A DNA stretch of 64,000 nucleotides from assembly GCA_944383315.1 (NCBI GenBank), contig CALWPB010000002.1:17144-81143 (forward strand), written 5' to 3'. Both the position numbers and the translations under genes were made by a program. Under the pieces are notes generated by a model. The model saw only the letters and a list, made by a program, of their open reading frames with translations, was not told the origin of the DNA and made no database searches. Source of the DNA: an uncultured Clostridia bacterium (GTDB lineage Bacteria > Bacillota > Clostridia > Christensenellales > UBA1242). Positions 1 to 8,384 of this stretch are shown one piece after another; position 1 is the stretch's first letter; each line of letters begins with the position of its first letter.

Positions 1-1
1 A

Positions 2-274
2 TTTGAAGCAGAAAAATTGTTGAGCGTGCTTGCAAATCAAGACAGAATTGAGATTATTAAATTATTGCTAAATCACAGCGCGACATCTACCGAAATTATG
101 GAAAAATGCGGTTTTGAAACAACGGGCAAGTTTTATCACCACATCAATATGCTAATGAATCTCAACATTATTAAAAAAGTGAGCGATGGCTTGTACGTAC
201 TAGATGCTAAAAGAGTGGGGTATGTAATTCCAATTCTAGCCTGTGTAGGTTATATTTCAGTCAACAACAATTAA
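2..274 (+). CDS. ArsR/SmtB-like winged-helix transcriptional regulator, 5' end cut by the window edge
   Basis: The reading frame is open from nt 2. The sequence LANQDRIEIIKLL..STEIMEKCG..TGKFYHHINMLMNLNIIKK fits the ArsR-type HTH plus wing layout. The listed ORF 17..274 starts at an internal TTG. Confidence 0.55.
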   Translation, partial: FEAEKLLSVLANQDRIEIIKLLLNHSATSTEIMEKCGFETTGKFYHHINMLMNLNIIKKVSDGLYVLDAKRVGYVIPILACVGYISVNNN

Positions 275-276
275 AT

Positions 277-317
277 AAAAGGAGCGCAATAGCACTTTTG
301 CTTGCCGCTCCTTTTTG
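277..317 (+). terminator. rho-independent terminator after the ArsR-like gene
   Basis: Stem aggagcg (280-286) pairs with cgctcct (306-312), flanked by an A-run and followed by tttt. Confidence 0.7.
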
Positions 318-318
318 C

Positions 319-347
319 TTGATTTAAAAGTATATTTGTGCTATAAT
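319..347 (+). promoter_or_regulatory. sigma-A type promoter for tyrS
   Basis: -35 TTGATT (319-324), 17-nt spacer, TGc-TATAAT extended -10 (342-347). Confidence 0.6.
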
Positions 348-378
348 CAAAACATTACAAAACAAAGGAAGGGCTAAA

Positions 379-1572
379 ATGAACGTTTTTAATGAAATGA
401 AAGAACGCGGGCTAATTTACCAAACTATTTACGAAGATGAAATGAAAGAACTTTTAGAAAAAGAACGCGTAGTTTGTTATTGCGGATTTGACCCTACGGC
501 AGACAGTTTGCACGTGGGACATTTGGCATCTATTTTGCAGTTGATACGTATGCAACGTGCAGGACACACACCTATTGCTCTAATTGGCGGAGCAACGGGA
601 AGAATTGGCGACCCAACAGGGCGAAACGATATGCGTCCAATGATTACGCAAGAACAAAGAGATGAGAACGTACGCAAAATAAAAGAGCAACTGGAAGGCT
701 TTTTTGATAAAAATGTACCAAACAAGTTGGTTGTGGTAAATAATGACGATTGGATAAGCAAATTAAGTTATGTTGAATTTTTAAATATTGTAGGGCTCAA
801 TATGAGTGTGAACAAAATGTTGAGTTCGGGTTGCTTTGAGCAGCGTATGGAAAATGGACTTAGTTTCCTTGAATTTAACTATATGCCTATGCAAGCATAT
901 GACTTTTGGTACTTGTTCAAAAATTATGATTGCAAAATTGAATTAGGCGGGAGTGACCAATGGGCAAATATCTTGGCAGGTGCCGAACTTATTCGCAAAA
1001 AAGAAAACAAGCCCGTATATTGTATGACTACACCTTTGCTTACAAAAGCAGATGGTACAAAAATGGGTAAGTCCTCAGGTGGAGCAGTTTGGCTTGACCG
1101 CGAAAAATTTAGCGACTATGATTTCTTCCAGTATTTCCGTAATATAGAAGACAGCAAGGTCGAAGAAGTTTTCCGCATTCTTACACTTTTACCACTTGAC
1201 GAGATAAAAGAAATTTGTGCAGGAACAGGAAAAGCGCTCAATCAAGCAAAAGAACGTTTGGCATACGAAGTAACAAAACTTGTGCGTGGTGAAGAAAGTG
1301 CTCGTACTGCTATGACACAAGCCCGTGCAGCATTTGGCGGAGATGTAGCTGAAATGCCCGAAGTCGAGTTAAGCAAAGAAAACTTAAATATCATTGATTG
1401 TCTTGTAGCACTTGAATTCGCTACTTCACGCGGCGATGCCAAAAAATTAGTGCAGGGCGGTGGTGTAAAGGTTAATGACGAAACAGTTACCAGCCTAGAC
1501 TACACTTGCCCAACAACTGATTTTGTGCTTAAAAAAGGCAAAAAGAATATTGTTAAGGTCAATATAAAGTAA
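379..1572 (+). CDS. tyrS: tyrosyl-tRNA synthetase
   Basis: Class I HIGH motif (HVGH), KMSKS motif (KMGKS) and a C-terminal S4-like domain. RBS aaaggaag lies upstream. Confidence 0.97.
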   Translation: MNVFNEMKERGLIYQTIYEDEMKELLEKERVVCYCGFDPTADSLHVGHLASILQLIRMQRAGHTPIALIGGATGRIGDPTGRNDMRPMITQEQRDENVRKIKEQLEGFFDKNVPNKLVVVNNDDWISKLSYVEFLNIVGLNMSVNKMLSSGCFEQRMENGLSFLEFNYMPMQAYDFWYLFKNYDCKIELGGSDQWANILAGAELIRKKENKPVYCMTTPLLTKADGTKMGKSSGGAVWLDREKFSDYDFFQYFRNIEDSKVEEVFRILTLLPLDEIKEICAGTGKALNQAKERLAYEVTKLVRGEESARTAMTQARAAFGGDVAEMPEVELSKENLNIIDCLVALEFATSRGDAKKLVQGGGVKVNDETVTSLDYTCPTTDFVLKKGKKNIVKVNIK

Positions 1573-2162
1573 TGAAATATCAGTCTATTTTACAAGGTAA
1601 GACTTACACAAGCGAGATTGTAATCAACAAATCTCGCTTTTTGGGTTTTGCTAGGTTTGTAGAGCAGCAGGACGAGGCGGAAAATTTTTTAAAAGATTTG
1701 CGCTTACAGTATAGCGATGCGCGTCATATTTGTTATGCGTATAAATTACTTAATACTGCAAAACAGAGCGATGACGGAGAGCCAAGCGGCACAGCAGGTA
1801 AGCCAATTTTAAATATAATAGAAAAGAAAGGTTTGCAAAATATTATAATCGTTGTTGTTCGCTATTTCGGCGGCATCAAGTTGGGTGCAGGTGGACTATT
1901 GCGTGCATATTCAAATACGGCAACCACCACACTTGACAGTGCAAAAATTGTCGAGTACGAAAACGCAATTAAGTATAGACTTATGTTGCCTTATAGTGAT
2001 TACGAAAATTTTTTAAGTAAAATAAAAAATCGCAAAATCAAAATATTATCCAGCAATTTTGAAAATGGGGTACAACTTGAATTAGTTGCGGCAGAGAATG
2101 AAAAAATAGAAAATGCCACAATAATAGGTGATACCACAATGTGCTTTGAGGAGGGGAAATGA
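1572..2162 (+). CDS. yigZ: IMPACT/YigZ family protein (UPF0029)
   Basis: KSRFLGF..ARHICYAY..DDGEPSGTAGKPIL..VVVRYFGGIKLG is the typical YigZ signature. The start overlaps the tyrS stop (TAATG). Confidence 0.85.
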   Translation: MKYQSILQGKTYTSEIVINKSRFLGFARFVEQQDEAENFLKDLRLQYSDARHICYAYKLLNTAKQSDDGEPSGTAGKPILNIIEKKGLQNIIIVVVRYFGGIKLGAGGLLRAYSNTATTTLDSAKIVEYENAIKYRLMLPYSDYENFLSKIKNRKIKILSSNFENGVQLELVAAENEKIENATIIGDTTMCFEEGK

Positions 2163-2788
2163 GTACTATAACCGATATAAAGCAAGCAAAAGGCAGCAAA
2201 AAGCGCCTTCATATATATATTGATGACGAATATACTTGCACGGTTGACGATTTTACAGCCTTTAAGAACAAACTAAAAGTTGGCAGTGAAATTGACAAGC
2301 ACGAACTTGAAGATATAATCGCCGAAAGTGAGATAACTAGCGGTTTTGAGCGCGCTGTTGATTTGATTTCAAATACCCCAAAGACAAAAAAACAAGTAGC
2401 AGATTATTTACGTCAAAAGGGTTATATGCCAAAAACCGTTCGTGCAGTAGTAGATAAATTGCTTGAATATCATTACATAAATGACGAAAGTTACGCACGG
2501 ATGTATATTGAATCTAATATAGCGCGTTACGGACGTAAAAAACTTCGCTTTAATCTTGAATTGCGTGGTATAGATAAGCAAATAATTGACGATGCTTTGG
2601 ATAGTATTGAAGTGCCTGAAAGTGCAATTTTTGATATGGCAAAAAAATATATGCGGGGACGTGAACCAACTCGCGAAAATATTGATAAACTATGTAGACA
2701 TTTGGCGAGTAAGGGTTTTTCGTGGAATGATATTAGCCCCGTGATTAGCAAATTTAGGAGTAACGACGATTATGAAAGTTGGGATTGA
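2159..2788 (+). CDS. recX: recombination regulator RecX
   Basis: RecX-like three-repeat helical protein (..KTKKQVADYLRQKGY..VVDKLLEYHYINDESYA..). ATGA overlap with the upstream gene. Confidence 0.8.
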   Translation: MSTITDIKQAKGSKKRLHIYIDDEYTCTVDDFTAFKNKLKVGSEIDKHELEDIIAESEITSGFERAVDLISNTPKTKKQVADYLRQKGYMPKTVRAVVDKLLEYHYINDESYARMYIESNIARYGRKKLRFNLELRGIDKQIIDDALDSIEVPESAIFDMAKKYMRGREPTRENIDKLCRHLASKGFSWNDISPVISKFRSNDDYESWD

Positions 2789-3143
2789 TGCGGTAGATAT
2801 TGATCGTTTTAAAGAGAAAGTAAATGACAAATCTTTTTGGAAGCGCATATATACTGCGCGCGAGCAGGCACATATAGAGGAGTTTTCAAATTTAGCAGGG
2901 GTAGCGGAACGAATGGCTGGCAAGTTTGCAGCAAAAGAAGCAGTAGTCAAAATGTTAGGAACGGGCATAGACAAGGGGATAAAATGGACAGATATTGAGA
3001 TTTTGCCTAATAGTTTGGGTAAACCTATGGTAAATCTCACTGGGTTTGCAAAGCAGCATTTTGAAGCCTTTAAATTAAAGGAAATTGATATAAGCATAAC
3101 TCATACAGCCGAATTAGCCACCGCAATTTGTGTGGCGGTTTAA
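2772..3143 (+). CDS. acpS: holo-[acyl-carrier-protein] synthase
   Basis: MKVGIDAVDIDRF..AGKFAAKEAVVK..SITHT are typical AcpS motifs. RBS aggag. Confidence 0.9.
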   Translation: MKVGIDAVDIDRFKEKVNDKSFWKRIYTAREQAHIEEFSNLAGVAERMAGKFAAKEAVVKMLGTGIDKGIKWTDIEILPNSLGKPMVNLTGFAKQHFEAFKLKEIDISITHTAELATAICVAV

Positions 3144-3175
3144 TGTATATTTACTTAATTTTTACAAAATCTAAT

Positions 3176-3197
3176 CAGGCAATCAGCCTGTTTTTTT
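3176..3197 (+). terminator. terminator after acpS
   Basis: caggc-aatca-gcctg hairpin followed by T7. Confidence 0.55.
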
Positions 3198-3239
3198 ATT
3201 TTTTAGGTATATTTAATTAGTTAAAAGGGATAAATTAAT

Positions 3240-3416
3240 ATGCAAGACTTTGATAAATACGTAGCCGAATTATCGAAACTTTCGCACAAAACACATAAAA
3301 CTGCACATATATTGAAAGAGAAAGACTTCGGCTCATTCTTTGGCTTTACTGAACAAGAAATTTGGGGTGAAGCCGATGATTTTTTGAAGTATGAAAAGTG
3401 GTTAAAGGAGCAATAG
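3240..3416 (+). CDS. 58-aa ORF, putative atypical antitoxin partner of MazF
   Basis: Not in the ORF track (<60 aa). Sequence: MQDFDKYVAELSKLSHKTHKTAHILKEKDFGSFFGFTEQEIWGEADDFLKYEKWLKEQ. Its stop lies 3 nt before the mazF TTG start, and the mazF RBS (aaggag, 3405-3410) sits inside it. The call rests on position only. Confidence 0.45.
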   Translation: MQDFDKYVAELSKLSHKTHKTAHILKEKDFGSFFGFTEQEIWGEADDFLKYEKWLKEQ

Positions 3417-3419
3417 ACT

Positions 3420-3764
3420 TTGGACAGTATCAGGCGGGGCGATATATATTATGCAAACTTATCTCCTGTGGTCGGGAGCGAACAGGGCGGAGTCCGTCCC
3501 GTACTGATTGTGCAGAATGATGTAGGCAACAAATTTAGCCCTACCGTAATTGTAGCAGCAATAACAAGTAAAATTAACAAGGCAAAACTGCCTACGCATA
3601 TTGAACTTTCTGCGCATACATACGGGTTAGAGAAAGATAGTGTTGTCTTGCTTGAACAAATTCGCACTCTAGACAAGGCTAGATTACTCGAAAAAATTGG
3701 TGCAACAGACAAAAAAACGCTACACAGCATAGATAATGCATTGTTAATCAGCCTCGGTTTATAA
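3420..3764 (+). CDS. mazF: mRNA interferase toxin MazF/EndoA (PemK family)
   Basis: Near-colinear with B. subtilis EndoA: [65 protein letters not shown] start with a good RBS. Confidence 0.93.
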   Translation: MDSIRRGDIYYANLSPVVGSEQGGVRPVLIVQNDVGNKFSPTVIVAAITSKINKAKLPTHIELSAHTYGLEKDSVVLLEQIRTLDKARLLEKIGATDKKTLHSIDNALLISLGL

Positions 3765-3812
3765 CTAAAACTGCTTTATTTGCGGTTTTTCTTTTTTTAT
3801 TTAAGTTGCATA

Positions 3813-3841
3813 TTGACAAAATTAGCAATTTGGGGTATAAT
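3813..3841 (+). promoter_or_regulatory. consensus sigma-A promoter for the GLUG-repeat protein gene
   Basis: TTGACA (3813-3818), 17-nt spacer, TATAAT (3836-3841). Confidence 0.7.
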
Positions 3842-3882
3842 AATTACGAATTACTAGATGAATAAATAGAGAGGTAGTTTTT

Positions 3883-6800
3883 ATGACAAAAAAATGGCTT
3901 GGAAGCTTTTTAATCTTTTTGCTCATAGTAATCGTAGGCATTAGTATTGGTCTGTCTATTTATTATTTCTTGCGTAACAACGAAGTATTTAGCTTCGGCA
4001 CAGGGGATGAACAGTCAATAACACAATATGCCAATGTGGGCGAAACTTTTGACATTGCAGTAACACGTACAAATGCAAGCAGTGATGAATATTCATTGCA
4101 GAGTTTGGACGAGTCTGTCGCTAAATTTAAAGAAAAATTTAAAGACGATGAATCAGGAAATGTAGAAATTTGGAGATTTGAGGCACTTGCAGGCGGTAAT
4201 ACAACAATTCAGTTGATTACCACCAACGAAGCATACAAAAATCTCAACGTATCTATTTACGTTGGTAATGGTACTGCTGAATACCCATTCTATATACGTT
4301 CTTATCAAGATTTATCTGCAATTAGTGAAGATAACGCAAGCGGAATGACTCTTTCTGCTCATTATCAACAGGTTGCTGATATTGATATGAGTGTTGCAAA
4401 TTCTGTATGGAATCCAATTGGAACTGGTTCAACAGCAGGATTTACAGGTTCTTACAATGGTAATAACCACGTAATTTCTAATTTAGAGTTGATGCAAGAA
4501 GGTTCTGTATTCGCAGATGAAAATACTGTTTATGTAGATGGTACAGTTGAAAATGCTGGTTTGTTTGCACGCGTTGGCAATGGTGGAGTGGTGTCTAGAC
4601 TTACAATTTCAAATGCAATAATAGACGGTAATTTTGTTAGTGCTGGTGCAGTGGCTGGTGTGGTAAACGGCGGTCAAATCAACTTTGTAAATGTTGTTGA
4701 TTCAGTTATTAGCAGTAAATATACCGCAACACCTGTTATTGGTGGAATTGCTGGTAAACTTGTTGGCACAAACTACAATGCTCGTATTCAATACTCTGCT
4801 GTTGTAAACTCTACAATTAGCGCTGGTACTGCTGGCGAAATTGGTGGACTTGTTGGTGAAGCAACAGGTGCATACATCAACAACTCTTATGCAATCGTAT
4901 CATTTGCTACTGACAGTGCTAGTAATCCTATAATTGGTGGGATTGTTGGATTATTAGCAAATGGTAGTGGAAATACTGCAGCAAGCACAAGTACAAAGAG
5001 TGCAGTAGTAAACAACTATTCTGTACTTAAAGAATTAAATATAGCAAATACAAATAATTCACGTATAGGTGCTATTGTCGGCTGGAATAGCAACGGTGGC
5101 GCAAATACTCAAGCAGTTCTCAAACCTACACTTGACGAAGGTGAAGAGAATGTAGAAAACAGAATTTTAGGTAACTTCTACCAGAAAGTAACAGGTCTTA
5201 ACTATGAAATCAATGGTTTGGGTGGTTTCAGCGATGTTTCAAATGCATATCTTGCATACGGTCAAACCGCTGAAAATATGAAGAAAAAACCTACTCAAGA
5301 ACAGTTAGACAATATCGCAACTTCTGGTGTAATAGACAGTAGTCTTGCTTATGTAGGTTACGACATTCAAGGTTTGTTCGCTGGTTGGAACTTTGACCTT
5401 GTTTGGAATATTGAACCCGCACAAAATGATGGATATCCTTTCATTAGAGCAGATGCTGTGGCTATTCCTGATGCTATTTATGACGACTTTGATGTAATTT
5501 ATGTTTCAGGCGCGCAAGCATTGTTAAATGCTTTCAATGCAGACTTGCTCGATGATGGAATCTACAACGGCAAGTACCGTATCGATCACGACATCAACCT
5601 TGCAGAACTAAATTCAGAATGGACTCCAATTGGTACAGCAGAAAACCCATTCAATGGTGAATTCGTAATGGTGGCTGACGAAAGTGGTAATATGCCAAAG
5701 ATATTTAACTTAGTAATTACAACTGACAGAGATTACAATGGTTTCTTTGGTGTAACTGGTTCAAATGCGAATATTCAAAACCTTTACATTGAAGGTGTTC
5801 GCATCACCGCTGGTACTTATGTAGGTGCTATCGCTGCATTAAATGGTGGTAGTATCACTGACTGTACTGTGCGCTCAAATACTGATACCGACTTTACAGG
5901 TATTCAAGTGAACGTAAAGGACAGCAGTCAATATATCGGTGGTGTAGTTGGTTACAATAGCAATGGTGCAATATTGCAGGGTAGTAGCGCAATGTTAAAT
6001 GTTCGTATCGCTGGTACAGAGAATAATCATTCAATCAATATCGGTGGTATCGCAGGTTACAGCGCAGCGAATGCAAATATTACAGGTTGTGCTTATGATG
6101 GCGTAATGGTAAATGGTCAACCTTCTTACACAATCGAAGTAAATATTTCTGCTATTAATAGTGAAGTAGTTGCTGGTGGTGTGGTTGGTAACTTGTATTC
6201 AAGATTAAGCAACTCAAGTTTCTCTGGTAAATTGACAGCACCTTCAATCAATGGTGTAATTGTCGGCGGTGTAGTAGGTAAGTATCAAACTTCAACTACA
6301 ACTACACAAAGTGTAATTACCGCGTGCAAGGCAACAGACATTAACTTAACAGGTTACTTGGCTGGTGGTATTATCGGTAAACTTGATTCAACAAGTAATA
6401 ACGGAGTTACAAACGTAATTTCACAATGTTATTCAACTGGTAGTATTTACGGTGGCAGAATAGGTGGTCTTGCTGGTGAAATTACTCGCGGCGGTATCGT
6501 AAACTCCTACACAACTTGCTACCTTAGTGGTAGTGTAATGGGTGGATTTGCAGCAGATATTCTGTTCGCAAACACATCTGACTTTGGTAGAGTTTCTTAC
6601 TGCTTCTCAAATGCTACATTTGACAAATCAGCAGGTAGCGCTTACGCAGAAACTTCTAGTGAAGTGCGCGCACTTAATAACTGGTGGAATGCTGATACCA
6701 AAGTTGGTGGCTATGTAGAACATTGTATCTATAATGGCGACAACGCAAATGGTGCAGAACGTAGATATGGCTCATTTAGAGTTTTAGGTTGGGCTCCAGA

Positions 6801-6921
6801 ACCTGATGACGGAAAGACAAGTGATGGAGACTGCAAACGTATGGAAACTTTCACAAATCGTGGTTTTGACAGCACAATTTGGAACTTTACAAGCAATTCA
6901 TACCCAACATTAAATATATAA
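3883..6921 (+). CDS. large membrane-anchored surface protein with GLUG-motif repeats
   Basis: N-terminal TM anchor (WLGSFLIFLLIVIVGISIGLSIYYF). There are at least 10 G-G-[ILV]-[AV]-G motifs (IGGIAGKLVG, IGGLVGEATG, IGGVVGYNSNG, IGGLAGEITRG..). Two modules each end in W.F..W....YP[FT][IL]. Confidence 0.85.
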   Translation: MTKKWLGSFLIFLLIVIVGISIGLSIYYFLRNNEVFSFGTGDEQSITQYANVGETFDIAVTRTNASSDEYSLQSLDESVAKFKEKFKDDESGNVEIWRFEALAGGNTTIQLITTNEAYKNLNVSIYVGNGTAEYPFYIRSYQDLSAISEDNASGMTLSAHYQQVADIDMSVANSVWNPIGTGSTAGFTGSYNGNNHVISNLELMQEGSVFADENTVYVDGTVENAGLFARVGNGGVVSRLTISNAIIDGNFVSAGAVAGVVNGGQINFVNVVDSVISSKYTATPVIGGIAGKLVGTNYNARIQYSAVVNSTISAGTAGEIGGLVGEATGAYINNSYAIVSFATDSASNPIIGGIVGLLANGSGNTAASTSTKSAVVNNYSVLKELNIANTNNSRIGAIVGWNSNGGANTQAVLKPTLDEGEENVENRILGNFYQKVTGLNYEINGLGGFSDVSNAYLAYGQTAENMKKKPTQEQLDNIATSGVIDSSLAYVGYDIQGLFAGWNFDLVWNIEPAQNDGYPFIRADAVAIPDAIYDDFDVIYVSGAQALLNAFNADLLDDGIYNGKYRIDHDINLAELNSEWTPIGTAENPFNGEFVMVADESGNMPKIFNLVITTDRDYNGFFGVTGSNANIQNLYIEGVRITAGTYVGAIAALNGGSITDCTVRSNTDTDFTGIQVNVKDSSQYIGGVVGYNSNGAILQGSSAMLNVRIAGTENNHSINIGGIAGYSAANANITGCAYDGVMVNGQPSYTIEVNISAINSEVVAGGVVGNLYSRLSNSSFSGKLTAPSINGVIVGGVVGKYQTSTTTTQSVITACKATDINLTGYLAGGIIGKLDSTSNNGVTNVISQCYSTGSIYGGRIGGLAGEITRGGIVNSYTTCYLSGSVMGGFAADILFANTSDFGRVSYCFSNATFDKSAGSAYAETSSEVRALNNWWNADTKVGGYVEHCIYNGDNANGAERRYGSFRVLGWAPEPDDGKTSDGDCKRMETFTNRGFDSTIWNFTSNSYPTLNI

Positions 6922-6954
6922 ATCAGTTCTAGAAACTAATTAAAAAAATATGTT

Positions 6955-6992
6955 TACAAAAAAGCAAGAGTAAAAATACTCTTGCTTTTTTA
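6955..6992. terminator. bidirectional rho-independent terminator
   Basis: agcaagagta (6963-6972) pairs with tactcttgct (6977-6986), with an A-run before and a T-run after. Confidence 0.85.
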
Positions 6993-7006
6993 TTGTTATA
7001 AGAAAA

Positions 7007-7031
7007 CCACGGGGTATACCCGTGGATTTTT
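7007..7031 (+). terminator. second hairpin terminator in the convergent gap
   Basis: ccacggg (7007-7013) pairs with cccgtgg (7019-7025), followed by atttttatt. Confidence 0.7.
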
Positions 7032-7112
7032 ATTCCTAAATATTCTTATGAGTTTAACTCATAATTGTTAAAATATATACAAAAACAAATAATAAACCTA
7101 AACCGCATAAAA

Positions 7113-7136
7113 AAGAGAACGATTTCACGTTCCCTT
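7113..7136 (-). terminator. terminator of the MerR-family gene
   Basis: On the minus strand: gggaacg-tgaaat-cgttctc followed by ttttttat. Confidence 0.55.
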
Positions 7137-7142
7137 TTAGTT

Positions 7143-8171
7143 TTATGCAACTTTTTCGAATACACAGCAACCTTGAATATATCCGCCGAATATATAGTCG
7201 CCACTTTTCCATTCCATAATCAAGTAATCTTTACCGTTAATGTTTTTTATTTCATAGTGCATAGCAACAGGGACTTCGAAGGTAAAGCCAATCATTCCTT
7301 TGCTCCATTTAGCCTTAAATAATTCCTCTTTCGCATTTGCAACCAACACTTCACCATTTGGCATTATAGATAGAGAAGTAAGCCAAGGTGTACCTGTATA
7401 TTGTTTTTTATTTGGGTCAAATTGTGTATCAGATTTAATAAAATCTACATTTTCCCAAAGACCAAGTGCTTGCTGGTCATTTTCAAATGGTATGTCGATA
7501 TTATCACCGTGCATTAAATCTTTAATAGTGTATTCTTTACTGTCTATTTTGCGATAAACCACAACATCATTTTCACTATTGTCATAAGTGTCTGTAACCG
7601 TAATAAACATATATTCGCCGTCAATTTCATAGTTGAGTAGGGTAGAAGTCCAAGAAACATTTATTTGCCCTTTGCTCCACGATTTAAAGCACCAATACCC
7701 CTTGCCTTCGGGTAAAAATACGATTTCTTTAAAATGCTCAAAAATTTCCTTATTGTCTGTGTACTTTCCTGATAAAAATTCTTGCTTGTTTTTTACAGCG
7801 CAAACGCGTTGCCATTTTCCAATCGCTTGCGCATCATTTACAAAACTATTCATAACAAATTCTCCTTTTTTATTCTTGTGAATAAGATTAAGGGCAGCGA
7901 TATTTTGGCATAGTTTTGCAATATCCATTTCAAGTTGCTTTGTCTTTTGTTGAATGGTATTTTCATCAAATGACGCAATTTCTTTTAGCGAAAAACCAAG
8001 TTTTTTAAGATATACTATTTCGGCTAGCCTTTTAATGCTGTTTTCGTCGTAATAGCGATATCCAGTATAGAAATTTACTTCGGCGGGTGTAAGTAATTTC
8101 TTTTTTTCGTAAAATCTAATTGCCTTGACGGTTACTCCGCTTAACTTCGCCAAATCTCCTATTTTTATCAT
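7143..8171 (-). CDS. MerR-family transcriptional regulator with a duplicated C-terminal domain of unknown function
   Basis: N-terminus MIKIGDLAKLSGVTVKAIRFYEKKKLL..YRYYDE..LKKLGFSLKEI is a MerR HTH followed by a coiled coil. Start moved to the ATG at 8171, which has RBS aaaggag 8 nt upstream. The C-terminal ~220 aa form two related ~105-aa repeats. Confidence 0.85.
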   Translation of the reverse strand: MIKIGDLAKLSGVTVKAIRFYEKKKLLTPAEVNFYTGYRYYDENSIKRLAEIVYLKKLGFSLKEIASFDENTIQQKTKQLEMDIAKLCQNIAALNLIHKNKKGEFVMNSFVNDAQAIGKWQRVCAVKNKQEFLSGKYTDNKEIFEHFKEIVFLPEGKGYWCFKSWSKGQINVSWTSTLLNYEIDGEYMFITVTDTYDNSENDVVVYRKIDSKEYTIKDLMHGDNIDIPFENDQQALGLWENVDFIKSDTQFDPNKKQYTGTPWLTSLSIMPNGEVLVANAKEELFKAKWSKGMIGFTFEVPVAMHYEIKNINGKDYLIMEWKSGDYIFGGYIQGCCVFEKVA

Positions 8172-8202
8172 TTTGCTTGCTCCTTTTCTTATTGACATTT
8201 GC

Positions 8203-8233
8203 AGTTTATCATTACTCTTAAGGGGAGAGTCAA
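8203..8233 (-). promoter_or_regulatory. MerR-type promoter with a 19-nt spacer and internal dyad
   Basis: Minus strand: TTGACT (8233-8228), 19-nt spacer, TGa-TAAACT (8208-8203). The dyad actct-N7-agagt (8214-8230) overlaps the spacer and the -35. Confidence 0.5.
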
Positions 8234-8350
8234 TAGTTTTTTCAAAAAATTTTTTAATTTTTTTATAATGCTAATAAACTTTTAAAATTGATAAGTTTTT
8301 AGTATGAGTTTATTTATAATAGTATATTAATTTTAAGGAATTTAGTCAAT

Positions 8351-8379
8351 AAAAAAGCCTTATTCACGCGAATAAGGCT
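8351..8379 (-). terminator. terminator of the 143-aa membrane protein gene
   Basis: 10-bp stem agccttattc/gaataaggct with loop acgc. The T-run is on the minus strand (A6 at 8351-8356). Confidence 0.85.
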
Positions 8380-8384
8380 AAATA

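Noticed and set aside
275-378. A T-box leader upstream of tyrS, which is common in Firmicutes.
   Set aside because: Only about 100 nt are available. They are fully accounted for by the upstream terminator, a promoter and the RBS. There is no specifier loop and no conserved T-box sequence or antiterminator.
7065-7881. Plus-strand ORFs 7065..7322, 7300..7557 and 7633..7881.
   Set aside because: They are antisense to the well-supported MerR-family gene, have no RBS, and give hydrophobic low-complexity peptides.
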